A stretch of 64,000 nt of DNA from Heptranchias perlo (taxonomy: Eukaryota), in NCBI RefSeq assembly GCF_035084215.1, contig NW_027139436.1:62001-126000 (forward strand), read 5' to 3'. A model generated the notes under the pieces. It searched no databases, was not told where the DNA came from, and worked only from the letters and a program-made list of their open reading frames with translations. Numbering within the stretch: position 1 is the stretch's first letter; each line of letters starts with the position of its first letter. Made by a program: the position numbers and the translations under genes. This document shows, one piece after another, positions 48,701 through 61,636 of the stretch.

Positions 48701-51178
48701 CTGGTATTTCTAATCCTGACAGTATTACTGGTCTAGATCTGGTATTTCTGATCCTGACAGTATTATTGTTCTAGATCTGGTATTTCTAATCCTGACAGTA
48801 TTACTGGTCTGGATCTGGTATTTCTAATCCTGACAGTATTACTGGTCTAGATCTGGTATTTATAATCCTGACAGTGTTACTGGTCCAGATCTGGTATTTC
48901 TAATCCTGACAGTATTACTGGTCTAGATCTGGTATTTATAATCCTGACAGTATTACTGGTCTGGATCTGGTATTTCTAATCCTGACAGTATTACTGGTCT
49001 AGATCTGGTATTTCTAATCCTGACAGTATTACTGGTCTAGATCTGGTATTTCTAATCCTGACAGTATTACTGGTCTAGATCTGGTATTTCTAATCCTGAC
49101 AGTGTTACTGGTCCAGATCTGGTATTTATAATCCTGACAGTGTTACTGGTCCAGATCTGGTATTTTTAATCCTGACAGTATTACTGGTCTAGATCTGGTA
49201 TTTCTAATCCTGACAGTGTTACTGGTCTAGATCTGGTATTTCTAATCCTGACAGTATTACTGGTCTAGATCTGGTATTTCTAATCCTGACAGTATTACTG
49301 GTCTAGATTTGGTATTTCTAATCCTGACAGTGTTACTGGTCTAGATCTGGTATTTCTAATCCTGACAGTATTACTGGTCCAGATCTGGTATTTCTAATCC
49401 TGACAGTATTACTGGTCTCGATCTGGTATTTCTAATCCTGACAGTATTACTGGTCTTGATCTGGTATTTCTAATCCTGACAGTGTTACTGGTCTAGATCT
49501 GGTATTTCTAATCCTGACAGTGTTACTGGTCTAGATCTGGTATTTCTAATCCTGACAGTATTACTGGTCTAGATCTGGTATTTCTAATCCTGACAGTGTT
49601 ACTGGTCTAGATCTGGTATTTCTAATCCTGACAGTGTTACTGGTCTAGATCTGGTATTTCTAATCCTGACAGTGTTACTGGTCCAGATCTGGTATTTCTA
49701 ATCCTGACAGTATTACTGGTCTAGATCTGGTATTTATAATCCTGACAGTATTACTGGTCTAGATCTGGTATTTATAATCCTGACAGTGTTACTGGTCCAG
49801 ATCTGGTATTTCTAATCCTGACAGTATTACTGGTCTAGATCTGGTATTTCTAATCCTGACAGTGTTACTGGTCTAGATCTGGTATTTCTAATCCTGACAG
49901 TATTACTGGTCTAGATCTGGTATTTCTAATCCTGACAGTATTACTGGTCTAGATTTGGTATTTCTAATCCTGACAGTATTACTGGTCTAGATCTGGTATT
50001 TCTAATCCTGACAGTATTACTGGTCTAGATCTGGTATTTCTGATCCTGACAGTATTATTGTTCTAGATCTGGTATTTCTAATCCTGACAGTATTACTGGT
50101 CTGGATCTGGTATTTCTAATCCTGACAGTATTACTGGTCTAGATCTGGTATTTATAATCCTGACAGTGTTACTGGTCCAGATCTGGTATTTCTAATCCTG
50201 ACAGTATTACTGGTCTAGATCTGGTATTTATAATCCTGACAGTATTACTGGTCTGGATCTGGTATTTCTAATCCTGACAGTATTACTGGTCTAGATCTGG
50301 TATTTCTAATCCTGACAGTATTACTGGTCTAGATCTGGTATTTCTAATCCTGACAGTATTACTGGTCTAGATCTGGTATTTCTAATCCTGACAGTGTTAC
50401 TGGTCCAGATCTGGTATTTATAATCCTGACAGTGTTACTGGTCCAGATCTGGTATTTTTAATCCTGACAGTATTACTGGTCCAGATCTGGTATTTATAAT
50501 CCTGACAGTGTTACTGGTCTAGATCTGGTATTTCTAATCCTGACAGTATTACTGGTCTCGATTTGGTATTTCTAATCCTGACAGTGTTACTGGTCTAGAT
50601 CTGGTATTTCTAATCCTGACAGTATTACTGGTCCAGATCTGGTATTTCTAATCCTGACAGTATTACTGGTCTCGATCTGGTATTTCTAATCCTGACAGTA
50701 TTACTGGTCTAGATCTGGTATTTCTAATCCTGACAGTGTTACTGGTCTAGATCTGGTATTTCTAATCCTGACAGTGTTACTGGTCCAGATCTGGTATTTC
50801 TAATCCTGACAGTATTACTGGTCTAGATCTGGTATTTCTAATCCTGACAGTGTTACTGGTCCAGAACTGGTATTTCTAATCCTGACAGTGTTACTGGTCT
50901 AGATCTGGTATTTCTAATCCTGACAGTGTTACTGGTCCAGATCTGGTATTTCTAATCCTGACAGTATTACTGATCTAGATCTGGTATTTCTAATCCTGAC
51001 AGTTTTGCTGGTCCAGATCTGGTATTTCTAATCCTGACAGTTTTACTGGTCTAGATCTAGTATTTATAATCCTGACAGTGTCACTGGTCTAGATCTGGTA
51101 TTTCTAATCCTGACATTATTACTGGTCCAGATCTGGTATTTCTAATCCTGACTGTGTTACTGGTCTAGATCTGGTATC
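42722..51178. repeat. 8.5-kb 38-bp minisatellite, about 220 units
   Basis: Unit AGATCTGGTATTTCTAATCCTGACAGTRTTACTGGTCY. Confidence 0.98.
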
Positions 51179-51189
51179 AATTCTGTGAA

Positions 51190-51748
51190 CAGGGAGATAT
51201 CTGTGCACTGACTGGTGTCTCTCAGTCCCTCTCTCTCAGGGTGATATCTGTACACTGACTGGTGTCTCTCAGTCCCTCTCTCTCATGGTGATATCTGTAC
51301 ACTGACTGGTGTCTCTCAGTCCCTCTCTCTCAGGGTGATATCTGTACACTGACTGCTGTCTCTCAGTCCCTCTCTCTCAGGGTGATATCTGTGCACTGAC
51401 TGCTGTCTCTCAGTCCCTCTCCCTCAGGGAGATATCTGTACACTGACTGGTGTCTCTCAGTCCCTCTCTCTCAGGGTGATATCTGTACACTGACTGGTGT
51501 CTCTCAGTCCCTCTCTCTCAGGATGATATCTGTGCACTGACTGGTGTCTCTCAGTCCCTCTCCCTCAGGGAGATATCTGTACACTGACTGGTGTCTTTCA
51601 GTCCCTCTCTCTCAGGGTGATATCTGTACACTGACTGGTGTCTCTCAGTCCCCTCTCTCTCAGGGTGATATCTGTGCACTGACTGCTGTCTCTCCGTCCC
51701 TCTCTCTCAGGGTGATATCTGTACACTGACTGGTGTCTCTCAGTCCCT
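51190..51748. repeat. 47-bp tandem repeat, about 12 units (unrelated to minisatellite B)
   Basis: Unit CTCAGGGTGATATCTGTACACTGACTGGTGTCTCTCAGTCCCTCTCT. Confidence 0.93.
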
Positions 51749-51749
51749 T

Positions 51750-51988
51750 CTTTGCATGGTGTTACTAATGCGGCCAACACAATGGCTGTCTGTGGAGAGG
51801 CCACCGTGTATGGCCACCAAATCCTGTATCTTACAGAATGTATTCGGAGATATGCTCTGTGTTTTTAAATTGTAATATTTGGAATCGTATTGTTTACGAT
51901 CCGTGTTGTATTGTTTTGAAATGTGTGGCCTTGGAATTGTGGTGTCTTTAAATTTGATGAAATAAAGTATATTTTGAAATATTAAAAT
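51750..51988 (+). mobile_element. Tx1-type LINE extreme 3' end
   Basis: Similar to 8260-8460 (ggagaggccaccgtgt...acagaatgtattcgg...aaataaagtatatttt). Confidence 0.7.
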
Positions 51989-52339
51989 AAATTCCGACAT
52001 CTGATGGTGTTCCTGACGGTGTTTCACTCCTACACTAGATGCCATTATTGGGACATGTAGTCCTGCCAATGGAAACAGTCTATTGACGGTGACCTTGCCT
52101 GTTCATTTGATCATTTTGAACACCTCGATCACATATCCTGGGTTCCAATTCGAGTCTGACATCGATCCCATCTCAGGTTCAGGGTCTCCACTCCCGTTAA
52201 GCAGTCTGGGAATCTTAATATTAAGGCAGTTGATTCCCGCTGCCCTGGATCGACTCGTCCCACAGTGAGACCCGGGGATGGAACAGTGATCTCCCCCTTG
52301 TGATCCCCACCCCACACTCATGTCTTTTCCACCTGGGCC

Positions 52340-52795
52340 TCTCAGCCTGGGCTCAGTGGGGATCACTCTCACCTCTGAGTCACAAGGTCGTGGGTTCAAG
52401 GCCCACTCCAGAGACTTGAGGCCCTAATCTCGGCTGACACTTCGGTGCAGTGCTGAGGGAGTGCTGCACTGCCGGAGGTGCCGTCTTTCGGATGGGACGT
52501 TAAACCGAGGCCCTGTCTGCCCCTCTCCGGTGGATAGAAAAGATCCCACGGCCACTATTGGAAGAAGAGCAGGGGAGTTCTCCCAGGTGTCCTGGGCCAA
52601 TATTTATCCCTGAACCAATATCATTAAAATAGATTATCTGACCATTTTATCTCATTGCTGTTTGTGGGATCTTGCTGTGCATAACATGGCGGCCGCGTTT
52701 CCGACATTACAACAGTGATTACACTTCAAAAAATAATTAATTGTCTGTAAATCACTTGGGTCCTGAGGTTGTGAAAGGCACTGTATGAATGGAAG
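52340..52795 (+). mobile_element. Deu-domain SINE
   Basis: tRNA-like head, Deu core and tail. Confidence 0.85.
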
Positions 52796-52957
52796 TTACT
52801 GCCAGTTACAGGAAGAGGAGGGGAACTTGAGATCGATTTGTAAACTCACGGGGAAAGGGCGGGGGAATGGGACCAACTGGATTGGTCTTACAAAGAGCCA
52901 GCATGGGCTGGATGGGCAGAATGGCCTCCTTCTGTGCTGTAATCATTCGATGATTCG

Positions 52958-53600
52958 ATGAGGGGAAACAGAGAGACCGTGAGGGGAATCGGAGAGACCG
53001 TGAGGGGAATCGGAGAGACCGTGAGGGGAATCAGAGAGACCGTGAGGGGAATCCAAGGGACCATGAGGGGAGTTAGATAGACCGTGAGGGGAATCAGAGA
53101 GACCGTGAGGGGAAACGGAGAGACCGTGAGGGGAGTCAGAGGGAACGTGAGGGGAATCAGAGAGACCGTGAGGAGAATCAGAGAGACCGTGAGGGGAATC
53201 AGAGAGACCGCGAGGGGAATCAGAGAGACCGCGAGGGGGAATCAGAGAGACCGCGAGGGGAATCAGAGAGACCGTGAGGGGAATCAGAGAGACCGCGAGG
53301 GGAATCAGAGAGACCGCGAGGGGGAATCAGAGAGACCGCGAGGGGAATCAGAGAGACCGTGAGGGGAATCGGAGAGACCGCGAGGGGAATCAGAGGGAAC
53401 GTGAGGGGAATCAGAGAGACCGCGAGGGGAATCGGAGAGACCGCGAGGGGAATCAGAGAGACCGCGAGGGGAATCGGAGAGACCGTGAGGGGAATCGGAG
53501 GGAACGTGAGGGGAATCGGAGAGACCGCGAGGGGAATCGGAGAGACCGCGAGGGGAATCGGAGAGACCGCGAGGGGAATCGGAGAGACCGTGAGGGGAAA
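52958..53600. repeat. 21-bp minisatellite (GAGGGGAATCRGAGAGACCGY)n
   Basis: About 30 units visible. Confidence 0.95.
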
Positions 53601-54974
53601 CAGCTTTGTTCTTATTTTTATTTTCACACCAGGCAGCATCTTAATGAATGTTTGCTGCACCGTCTCGATTGCCTCAACACAGTGTGGATCCCCACACTGC
53701 ACACAGTGCTCCGACTGTGGTCTTACTGTCGGTTTATAAAGATTCACCATTTACCCCTCGACCTTGAGATTCCAGCTCGGGACGGACAAACCAAGGAGGA
53801 GGGGCAAACTCCCAGCCCCGCCTGAGGGCTCAGAGAGAGGGAGAGCTGAATTTAAAAAGGCTCCATATTCAGAGAGGGTGTGTTCAGATCCCCAGGGGGT
53901 AACAGGGGGTTTGGGCCCTGAGGCCTGCACCCAAAAGCATGCAGGAGGAACCAGCTTTATGTGTCTTACCTGATCAAGGGAGAGGAGACATGGGAGCCCA
54001 CATGGTGCACAGACAGACGGGGACATGTTATGTCATTCCATGGGTGCGGTTCCCTGGTCTAGACGGCCGAGGGACAGGTGGAGACGGCCCCGATGGGAGA
54101 ACCCGGAATAAATCTGGAAATAAAAAGTTGGGATCAGGAAAAGTGACCGTGGAGCTGTCGGATCATCGTGAAGACCCAACTGCTTCAGGAACTACCTGTG
54201 GGGAACCTGCCGTCCTTCCCCAGTCCGGCCTATACGTGACTCCAGTCCCACACCAACCTGGTTGACCCTTAGCTGCCCTCTGAAGTGGACGAGCAAGATA
54301 TTCATTTGTATGAAACCACATCCAGCGGTTCAAGATGAAGGCCCACCCCCACCTTCTCAGGGCAACTCGAGACGGGCAATAAATGCCGGCCTTGCCCAGC
54401 GGTGCCCCGCACCCCGAGAATTAATCAAAGAAACAGAGACTCCTAGACGGCCGGTGGGTAATTTGCTGATCGGGAGTTGTCTCTCCCAGAGACCGGACAA
54501 TAAGTGTTTCATTTGTCTGGGTTTTGGGAAAGACGCCTCTCCCCACATTGTGTTCGAAAACCCTTTGATCTCTGTCAGTCTGCGAGAGGGGGTTCTTTTA
54601 ACACAGAGCTTTGAGGAGCGGGACGCAGACACCAAGAGAGGCAGTCAGGCTTTTGGAAACAGAAGGCTGCCCAGTCAGGCGGGCAGCCGAGTGCTGCTCG
54701 AAGGTTCAGTGAAGACGGGGAACTGCAGAGAGAGAGGTTCTGCAGAGGAGTTATTCTGTTTGGATCAAGATTCCCCTCCCAGGTGGTGGGAGGACAGTGG
54801 ATTCTCGAGACCCTTTCATCACTCGAATGTGAGCTGGACTGATTGAATGAAGTGACTCTGATTGTCCCTGTTGTTCTGAACATCTCACCCGGCTTTGGAA
54901 TAAAGCAGCAAACAAATCGAACCAAAGTTCACCTCCTCTCACAGTAACTCCCGGTAACTTTCCTTCATACAGAG

Positions 54975-55410
54975 CCTTTCACAAACCTCAGGACCTCCCA
55001 AAGAGCTTTACAGACAATTCAGGATTTTCTGAAGTGCAGTCACTGTTGTAATGTAGGAAAGGCGGGAGCCAATTTGCGCACAGCAAGATCCCACAAACAG
55101 CAATGAGATAAAATGACCAGATAATTTGTTATTTAATGATGTTGGTTGAGGGATAAATATTGGCCCTGGACACCGGGGAGAACTTCCCAGCTCTTCTTCG
55201 AAATGGTCCCATGGGATCTTTTACACCCTCCTGAGAGGGCAGGCGGGGCCTCGGTTTAACGTCTCACCCGAAGGACGGCACCTCCGACAGTGCAGCTCTC
55301 CCTCAGTGAGTGTCAGCTGGGATTATGGGCTCAAGTCTCTGGAATGGGGTTTGAACCCACGACCTTTCTGACTCAGAGGCGAGAGTGATCCCCACTGAGC
55401 CCAGGCTCAG
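54975..55410 (-). mobile_element. Deu-domain SINE
   Basis: Reverse complement of the family at 52340-52795. Confidence 0.85.
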
Positions 55411-55764
55411 GAGATCCAGGCGCAGAAGACATGAGTGTGGGGTGGGGATCACAAGGGGGAGATCACTGTTCCATCCCCGGGTCTCACTGTGGGACGAGTC
55501 GATCCAGGGCAGCGGGAATCAACTGCCTTAATATTAAGATTCCCAGACTGCTTAACGGGAGTGGAGACCCTGAACCTGAGATGGGATCGATGTCAGACTC
55601 GAATTGGAACCCAGGATATGTGATCGAGGTGTTCAAAATGATCAAATGAACAGGCAAGGTCACCGTCAATAGACTGTTTCCATTGGCAGGACGACATGTC
55701 CCAATAATGGCATCTAGTGTAGGAGTGAAACACCGTCAGGAACACCATCAGATGTCGGAATAAC

Positions 55765-56312
55765 ACACCCGCACTAAACACCATCGAAAGTATTAGTACT
55801 ACACCTGCAGCAGTAACAGCACCAGGTGTACGTGTATCACACCCACACTAGTAACACCATGTGAAGTATTAGTACTATACCTGCAGCAGTAACAGCACCA
55901 GGTGTCCGTGTATCACACCCACACTAGTAACACCATGTGAAGTATTAGTACTATACCTGCAGCAGTAACAGCACCAGGTGTCCGTGTATCACACCCACAC
56001 TGGTAACACCATGTGAAGTATTAGTACTATACCTGCAGCAGTAACAGCACCAGGTGTCCGTGTATCACACCCACACTAGTAACACCATGTGAAGTATTAG
56101 TACTATACCTGCAGCAGTAACAGCACCAGGTGTCCGTGTATCACACCCACACCAGCAACACCATGTGAAGTATTAGTACTATACCTGCAGCAGTAACAGC
56201 ACCAGGTGTCCGTGTATCACACCCACACTAGTAACACCATGTGAAGTATTAGTACTATACCTGCAGCAGTAACAGCACCAGGTGTCCGTGTATCACACCC
56301 ACACTAGTAACA
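55765..56312. repeat. 76-bp tandem repeat, about 7 units
   Basis: Unit GTGAAGTATTAGTACTATACCTGCAGCAGTAACAGCACCAGGTGTCCGTGTATCACACCCACACTAGTAACACCAT. Confidence 0.94.
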
Positions 56313-58009
56313 CTGTATAAAGGAGGGGAGTTGATCTCATTCCCTGTGACGGGCTCTGATCCGAGATCCCCTCACTTGACCTGGGCCACATTCAGCGAAA
56401 TGTTATTCTAATCGAAATGGATGAAGAGAAACGATGGCCGTACTCACTGAGCCTGAGATTTGATTCCCTGCTGCTGCTGCTCCCCGATACCGGGCACCTC
56501 TCGGCCTGCACCATTGCCTCAACATGTGGAGCCAATGACTTGGGCCTGAGGCCTGTCTTGGGTAAAAACCCCAGGGCCACTTGTCACCACACAACTCTGG
56601 GCCCAAACCACTGACCTGCTTCTCATCTTTTTCTCAGCTCTTTCTTTCTTTCTCAGCCTTCCTGTTTCTGCTCCTTTTTATTTAATGAGGGGGTGGGGTG
56701 GGACGGGGGAGGGGGTGAAGAGGGGCCTCTCCCCCTCAAACCCCCTCTGCTTTTCCCCTCCTCCCTTTTTCTGATGGATTGAGGTGATTTTAAAGGGTGT
56801 TTAACTGCGGGGCGGAGGAGCCCGAGTGAGTGAAGGTGAGTGAAGGACGTGCTTCGCGAGCTCGGCCTTCAAACCCCAACAGGAAAAGCNNNNNNNNNNN
56901 NNNNNNNNNNNNNNNNNNNNNNNNNNNNNNNNNNNNNNNNNNNNNNNNNNNNNNNNNNNNNNNNNNNNNNNNNNNNNNNNNNNNNNNNNNNNNNNNNNNN
57001 NNNNNNNNNNNNNNNNNNNNNNNNNNNNNNNNNNNNNNNNNNNNNNNNNNNNNNNNNNNNNNNNNNNNNNNNNNNNNNNNNNNNNNNNNNNNNNNNNNAG
57101 GGAGAGGAGGGGGGAGGTTTGTCCCGAACTCAACAGCGGGCGGGGCTCTTTGGTGGGGAGTGGGAAACACCTCAGAGCCCCGGGAAAGAGCGGCTTCAGA
57201 AAGTTCCAATGATTCAAATTCATGTGTGAAGGTTTCGGGAGTGCGGCCAGAATAATGTCCAGTATTAGTCCAATCCCAGCAGCAGTCTGTCTGTCTATCT
57301 ATTTATCTCTCTATCTCGATATCTATCTCACACTCTTCTGTCTATCTCCATCTCTTTCTCTCGATGTAACACCATCAGATGTCTGAATAACACACCCACA
57401 CTAGTAACACCATCTATAGTATTGGTCCTATATCTCCAGCAGTCTATCTATCCCCCACTCTGTCTATCTCCATCTCTCTCTCTATATATATTGATATATA
57501 TATTTATAAAATCTCTCTCTCCGGATACTTGAATCATTTTGTGGAACGTTCCCCATTCCAGTCTCACAGTTTCTCCTCCAGTCTCTGTTCCTGATTTCCA
57601 GAGCTGTACAGGGGGCTCAGAACCAGGAGGGGCTCCGTTAGATTTTACTGACCGGCCCCCGAACACAGCTCAGTGGGTTTGCTCACAGAACCGGTCTGCT
57701 GCTCCGTTGGAGATAAACAGCAGAAGAGCCTGTTTGGACCGAGGCCTTATCAGCAACACGCAGCGACACACACCCAGAACTAAACTCACCCCGTCAGCAA
57801 TGATTGATGGAAACCGCACTCAGTGTTTGCTGACTGGGCCGGGTCCACATCCAGCAAATTGTTTCTGAGCTGAAAGTGTTCCCCAGCCTTGGATGCCCCT
57901 CCCCTGTGTTTCCCATCCTGTTGCCTCCTTCACTGTTTACCCCACACCTCAGTCAGGCCGTGTTGGGAAGTCTTGCCCAGAACAACCCAAGGCTGCCCCG
58001 AGCTCGACT

Positions 58010-58790
58010 GACCAGCGAGTGATTCATTTTGGTCGGAAGAGTGAGGAGAGGCAACATTAACTAAATGGTCCAATTTTAAAGGGGGTGCAGGAACAGAGAG
58101 ACCTGGGGGGGGGTGTGTACACAAATCTTTGAAGGTGGCAGGACAAGTTGAGAAGGCTGTTAAAAAGACAGACGGGATCCTGGGCTTTATAACTCAAGGC
58201 ATAGAGAACAAAAGCAAGGGAGTTATGCTGAACCTTTATAAAACACTGGTTAGGGCCCCAGCTGGAGTATTGTGACCAATTCTGGGCACCGCACTTTAGG
58301 AAGGATGTCAAGGCCTTGGAGAGGGTGCAGAGGAGATTTACTAGAATGGTTCCAGGGATGAGGGGCTTCAGTGATGTGGAGAGACTGGAGAAACTGGGGT
58401 TGTTCTCCTGAGAGCAGAGAAGGTTAAGGGGAGATTTGATCGAGGTGTTCAAAATCATGAAGGGTTTTAATAGAGTAAATAAGGTAACCAGAGGACACAG
58501 ATTTACGGTAATCGGTAAAAGAACCAGAGGGGGAGATGAGGAAACATTTTTTTACGCAGCGAGTTGTGATGATCTGGAATTCACGGCCTGAAAGGGCGGT
58601 GGAAGCAGATTCAATAATAACTTTCAAAAGGGAATTGGATAAATACTTGAAGGGGGAAAATTTGCAGGGCTACGGGGGAAAGAGCAGGGGGAGTGGGACT
58701 GATTGGATCGCTCGTCCAAAGAGCCAGCACAGGCACGATGGTCCGAATGGCCTCTCCCAGTGCTGTATCATTCTCTGATTCTATGATGTG
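58010..58790 (+). mobile_element. CR1/HER1-type LINE 3' fragment
   Basis: Contains caggaacagagagacctggg...ctttataaaacactggttagg, the peptide FFTQRVVMIWNS, and the CR1 3'UTR. Confidence 0.9.
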
Positions 58791-58799
58791 GTTTAAGGA

Positions 58800-59075
58800 G
58801 TGTGTGTGGAACAGTTCAATGACCGTCCGTTCCCAAGTGTGTTTCCCAAGGGTTCCATTCTGATCTCTCCAGTCGTAGCCAGAGAATCACCTGCAATGGC
58901 GTCTCTTCCCACCCCCACACCGTTACCTCTGGAGTCCCCCAAGGATCTACCCTTGGCCCCCTCCCATTTCTCATCTACATGCTGCCCCTCGGTGATATCA
59001 TCCGAAGACATGACATCAGGTTCCACATGTACACTGACGATACCCAGCTCCACCTCACCACCACCTCTCGACTCC
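58800..59075 (+). mobile_element. L2-type LINE RT fragment
   Basis: ggagtcccccaaggatct (GVPQGS) and ttccacatgtacactgacgatacccagctc (FHMYTDDTQL). Confidence 0.8.
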
Positions 59076-59094
59076 TTCTATACTCTGGATCGAA

Positions 59095-60860
59095 CCTGTG
59101 CTGTACCTGCCCTGGGAGTGTTTGATGGGACAGTGTAGAGGGAGCTTTACTCTGGAGCAAACCCGTGCCGTACCTGCCCTGGGAGTGTTTGATGGGACAG
59201 TGTAGAGGGAGCTTTACGCTGTATCTCACCCGTGCTGTACCTGCCCTGGGAGTGTTTGATGGGACAGTGTAGAGGGAGCTTTACGCTGTATCTCACCCGT
59301 GCCGTACCTGCCCTGGGAGTGTTTGATGGGACAGTGTAGAGGGAGCTTTACTCTGTATCTAACCCGTGCTGCATCTGACCTGGGAATGTTTAATGGGGCA
59401 TTGTAGATGGAGCTTTACTCTATATCTAACACGTACTGTACCTGCCCTGGGAGTGTTTTACGGGACAATGTAGAGGGAGCTTTACTCTGTATCTAACCCG
59501 TGCTGCACCTGTCCTGGGATTGTTTGATGGGACAGTGTAGAGGGAGATGTGCTCTGTTTCTAACCCGTGCTGTACCTGCCCTGGGAATGTTTGATGGGTC
59601 AGTGCAGAGGGAGCTTTACTTTATATCTAACCCGTGCTGCAACTGCCCTGGGAGTGTATGATGGGTCAGTGTACAGGGAACTTTCCTCTGTATTTAACCC
59701 ATGCTGTCACTGCCCTGGGAGTGTTTGATGGGACAGTGTTGGGGGAGCTTTACTCTGTATCTCACCCTGTACCTGCCCTGGGAGTGTTTGATGGGACAGT
59801 GTAGAGGGAGCTTTACTCCGTATCTAACTCGTGCTGTACCTGCCCTGGGAGTGTTTGATGGGACAGTGTAGAGGGAGCTTTACTCTGTATCTAACCCGTG
59901 CTGTTGCTTCCCTGGGACAATTTGATGTTTGTAAACAATTTTACAACACCAAGTTACAGTCCAACAATTTTATTTTAAAATCCACAAGCTTTCGGAGGCT
60001 TCCTCCCTCCTCAGGTGAATGTGGGACTGAAATCACATTCACCTGAGGAAGGAGGAAGCCTCCGAAAGCTTGTGGATTTTAAAATAAAATTGTAGGACTG
60101 TAACTTGGTGTTGTAAAATTGTTTACAATTTTCAACCCCAGTCCATCACCGGCATCTCCACATCACAATTTGACGGGACAGAGTCGCGGGAGCTTCTCTG
60201 TATCTGACCCGTGCTGCACCTGCCCTGGGAGTGTTTGATGGGACAGTGTCGAGGGAGCTTTACTCTGTATCTAACTCGTGCTGTACCTGCCCTGAGAGTG
60301 TTTGACGGGACAGTGTAGAGGGAGCTTTACTCTGTATCTAACTCGTGCTGTACCTGCCCTGGGAGTGTTTGATGGGACAGTGTCGAGGGAGCTTTACTCT
60401 GTATCTCACCCGTGCTGCACCTGCCCTGGGAGTGTTTGATGGGACAGTGTAGAGGGAGATTTGCTCTGTATCTAACCCGTGCTGTTCCTGCCCTGGGAGT
60501 GTTTGATGGGACAGTGTAGAGGGAGCTTTACTCTGTATCTAACCCGTGCTGTTCCTGCCCTGGGAGTGTTTGATGGGACAGTGCAGAGGGAGCTTTACTC
60601 TGTATCTAATTCGTGCTGCACCTGCCCTGGGAGTGTTTGATGGGACAGTGTAGAGGGAGCTTTACTCTGTATCTCACCCGTGCTGTACCTGCCCTGGGAG
60701 TGTTTGATGGGACAGTGTAGAGGGAGCTTTACTCTGTATCTAACCCGTGCTGGACCTGCCCTGGGAGTGTTTGATGGGACAGTGTAGAGGGAGCTTTACT
60801 CTGTATCTAACCCGTGCTGTACCTGCCCTGGGAGTGTTTGATGGGACAGTGTTGAGGGAG
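59095..60860. repeat. 67-bp satellite, interrupted by a palindromic insertion
   Basis: Same unit as 35000-35815. Confidence 0.95.
59928..60164. mobile_element. Palindromic Penelope-derived element with two hammerhead motifs and a target-site duplication
   Basis: 95-bp inverted arms (59929-60023 and 60034-60128); flanks ACAATTTGATG (59917-59927) and ACAATTTGACG (60165-60175). Confidence 0.82.
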
Positions 60861-61239
60861 TGGATGAAATGTGTAATATTTGCTTGATGTGTAACAGACA
60901 ACTGGCAGGTTTAGGTGTTGGAATTAACCCTGAATGAAAGCTTGAGAAGCTTCTCACTCTCCAGCCCTTGGTTTACTCGAAGCACAGTGACTATTTGTTA
61001 TTACCAGTTGACAGATGTTCGAAACTCAACGATAACATCAAGTCTGGTTGCTTCTCCTTCCACTTCCTCTCAGATTTCACAGCCAGGCTTATTCTGAGCA
61101 GGGGGACCTCCCACAGGGACCTTGTTGCTAAAAAGAATAAGCAGGCGGCTTTAGATATGGAAATACAGTTGTGATTTTGTCCATTGCACCAATAAACAGG
61201 TTTATATTTACTGAAAGGAGCCAGACTCTCAGAACAAAA

Positions 61240-61636
61240 ACTTTATTGAAATTTTAAAATATACTTTATTTTATAGAATTTAAAGATACTCAGTTCAATG
61301 CAAATATCACAATTCCAAACCAGTACAATTCAAACTAATACAATACAGATCGTACACAATACGATCCCAATGTTACAATTCAAACACAGTCCATTTCTTA
61401 TGATTCATGGTGTACGATACAGGGTGGGGTGGCCTCACACGGTGGCCTCTCCCCTTACAGCCGTTGCGTAGGCCGCACCTCGCCTCAGTGCGTCCCGCAG
61501 CACGTACTCCTGGACCTTGGAGTGTGCCAGTCGGCAACACTCGGTCGTGGACAGCTCCTTCAGCTGGAAGGCCAGCAGGTTTCGGACGGGCCAAAGGGCC
61601 TCCTTCACCGAGTTAATGGTCTTCCAGCCGCAGGTG
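61240..61636 (-). mobile_element. Tx1-type LINE 3' fragment
   Basis: TCGWKTINSVKEALWPVRNLL...VLRDALRRG, closely matching 8095-8460. Confidence 0.85.

Larger units (their letters stand above)
51991..55761. repeat. Inverted repeat: 336-bp near-identical arms (51991-52326 and 55426-55761), each continued inward by a SINE
   Basis: The arms are reverse complements with about one mismatch; identical ORFs are reported on opposite strands. Confidence 0.93.

Noticed and set aside
42722-51178. CRISPR-like regular array
   Set aside because: The units are head-to-tail with no unique spacers, there are no cas genes, and the context is vertebrate.
54262-54925. 194-aa ORF and AATAAA near 54899 as a gene
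   Set aside because: The 5' part lies in repeat-derived sequence, no domain is recognisable, and there is no supporting exon structure.
60983-60989. Isolated perfect heptamer CACAGTG
   Set aside because: There is no nonamer at 12 or 23 nt spacing.
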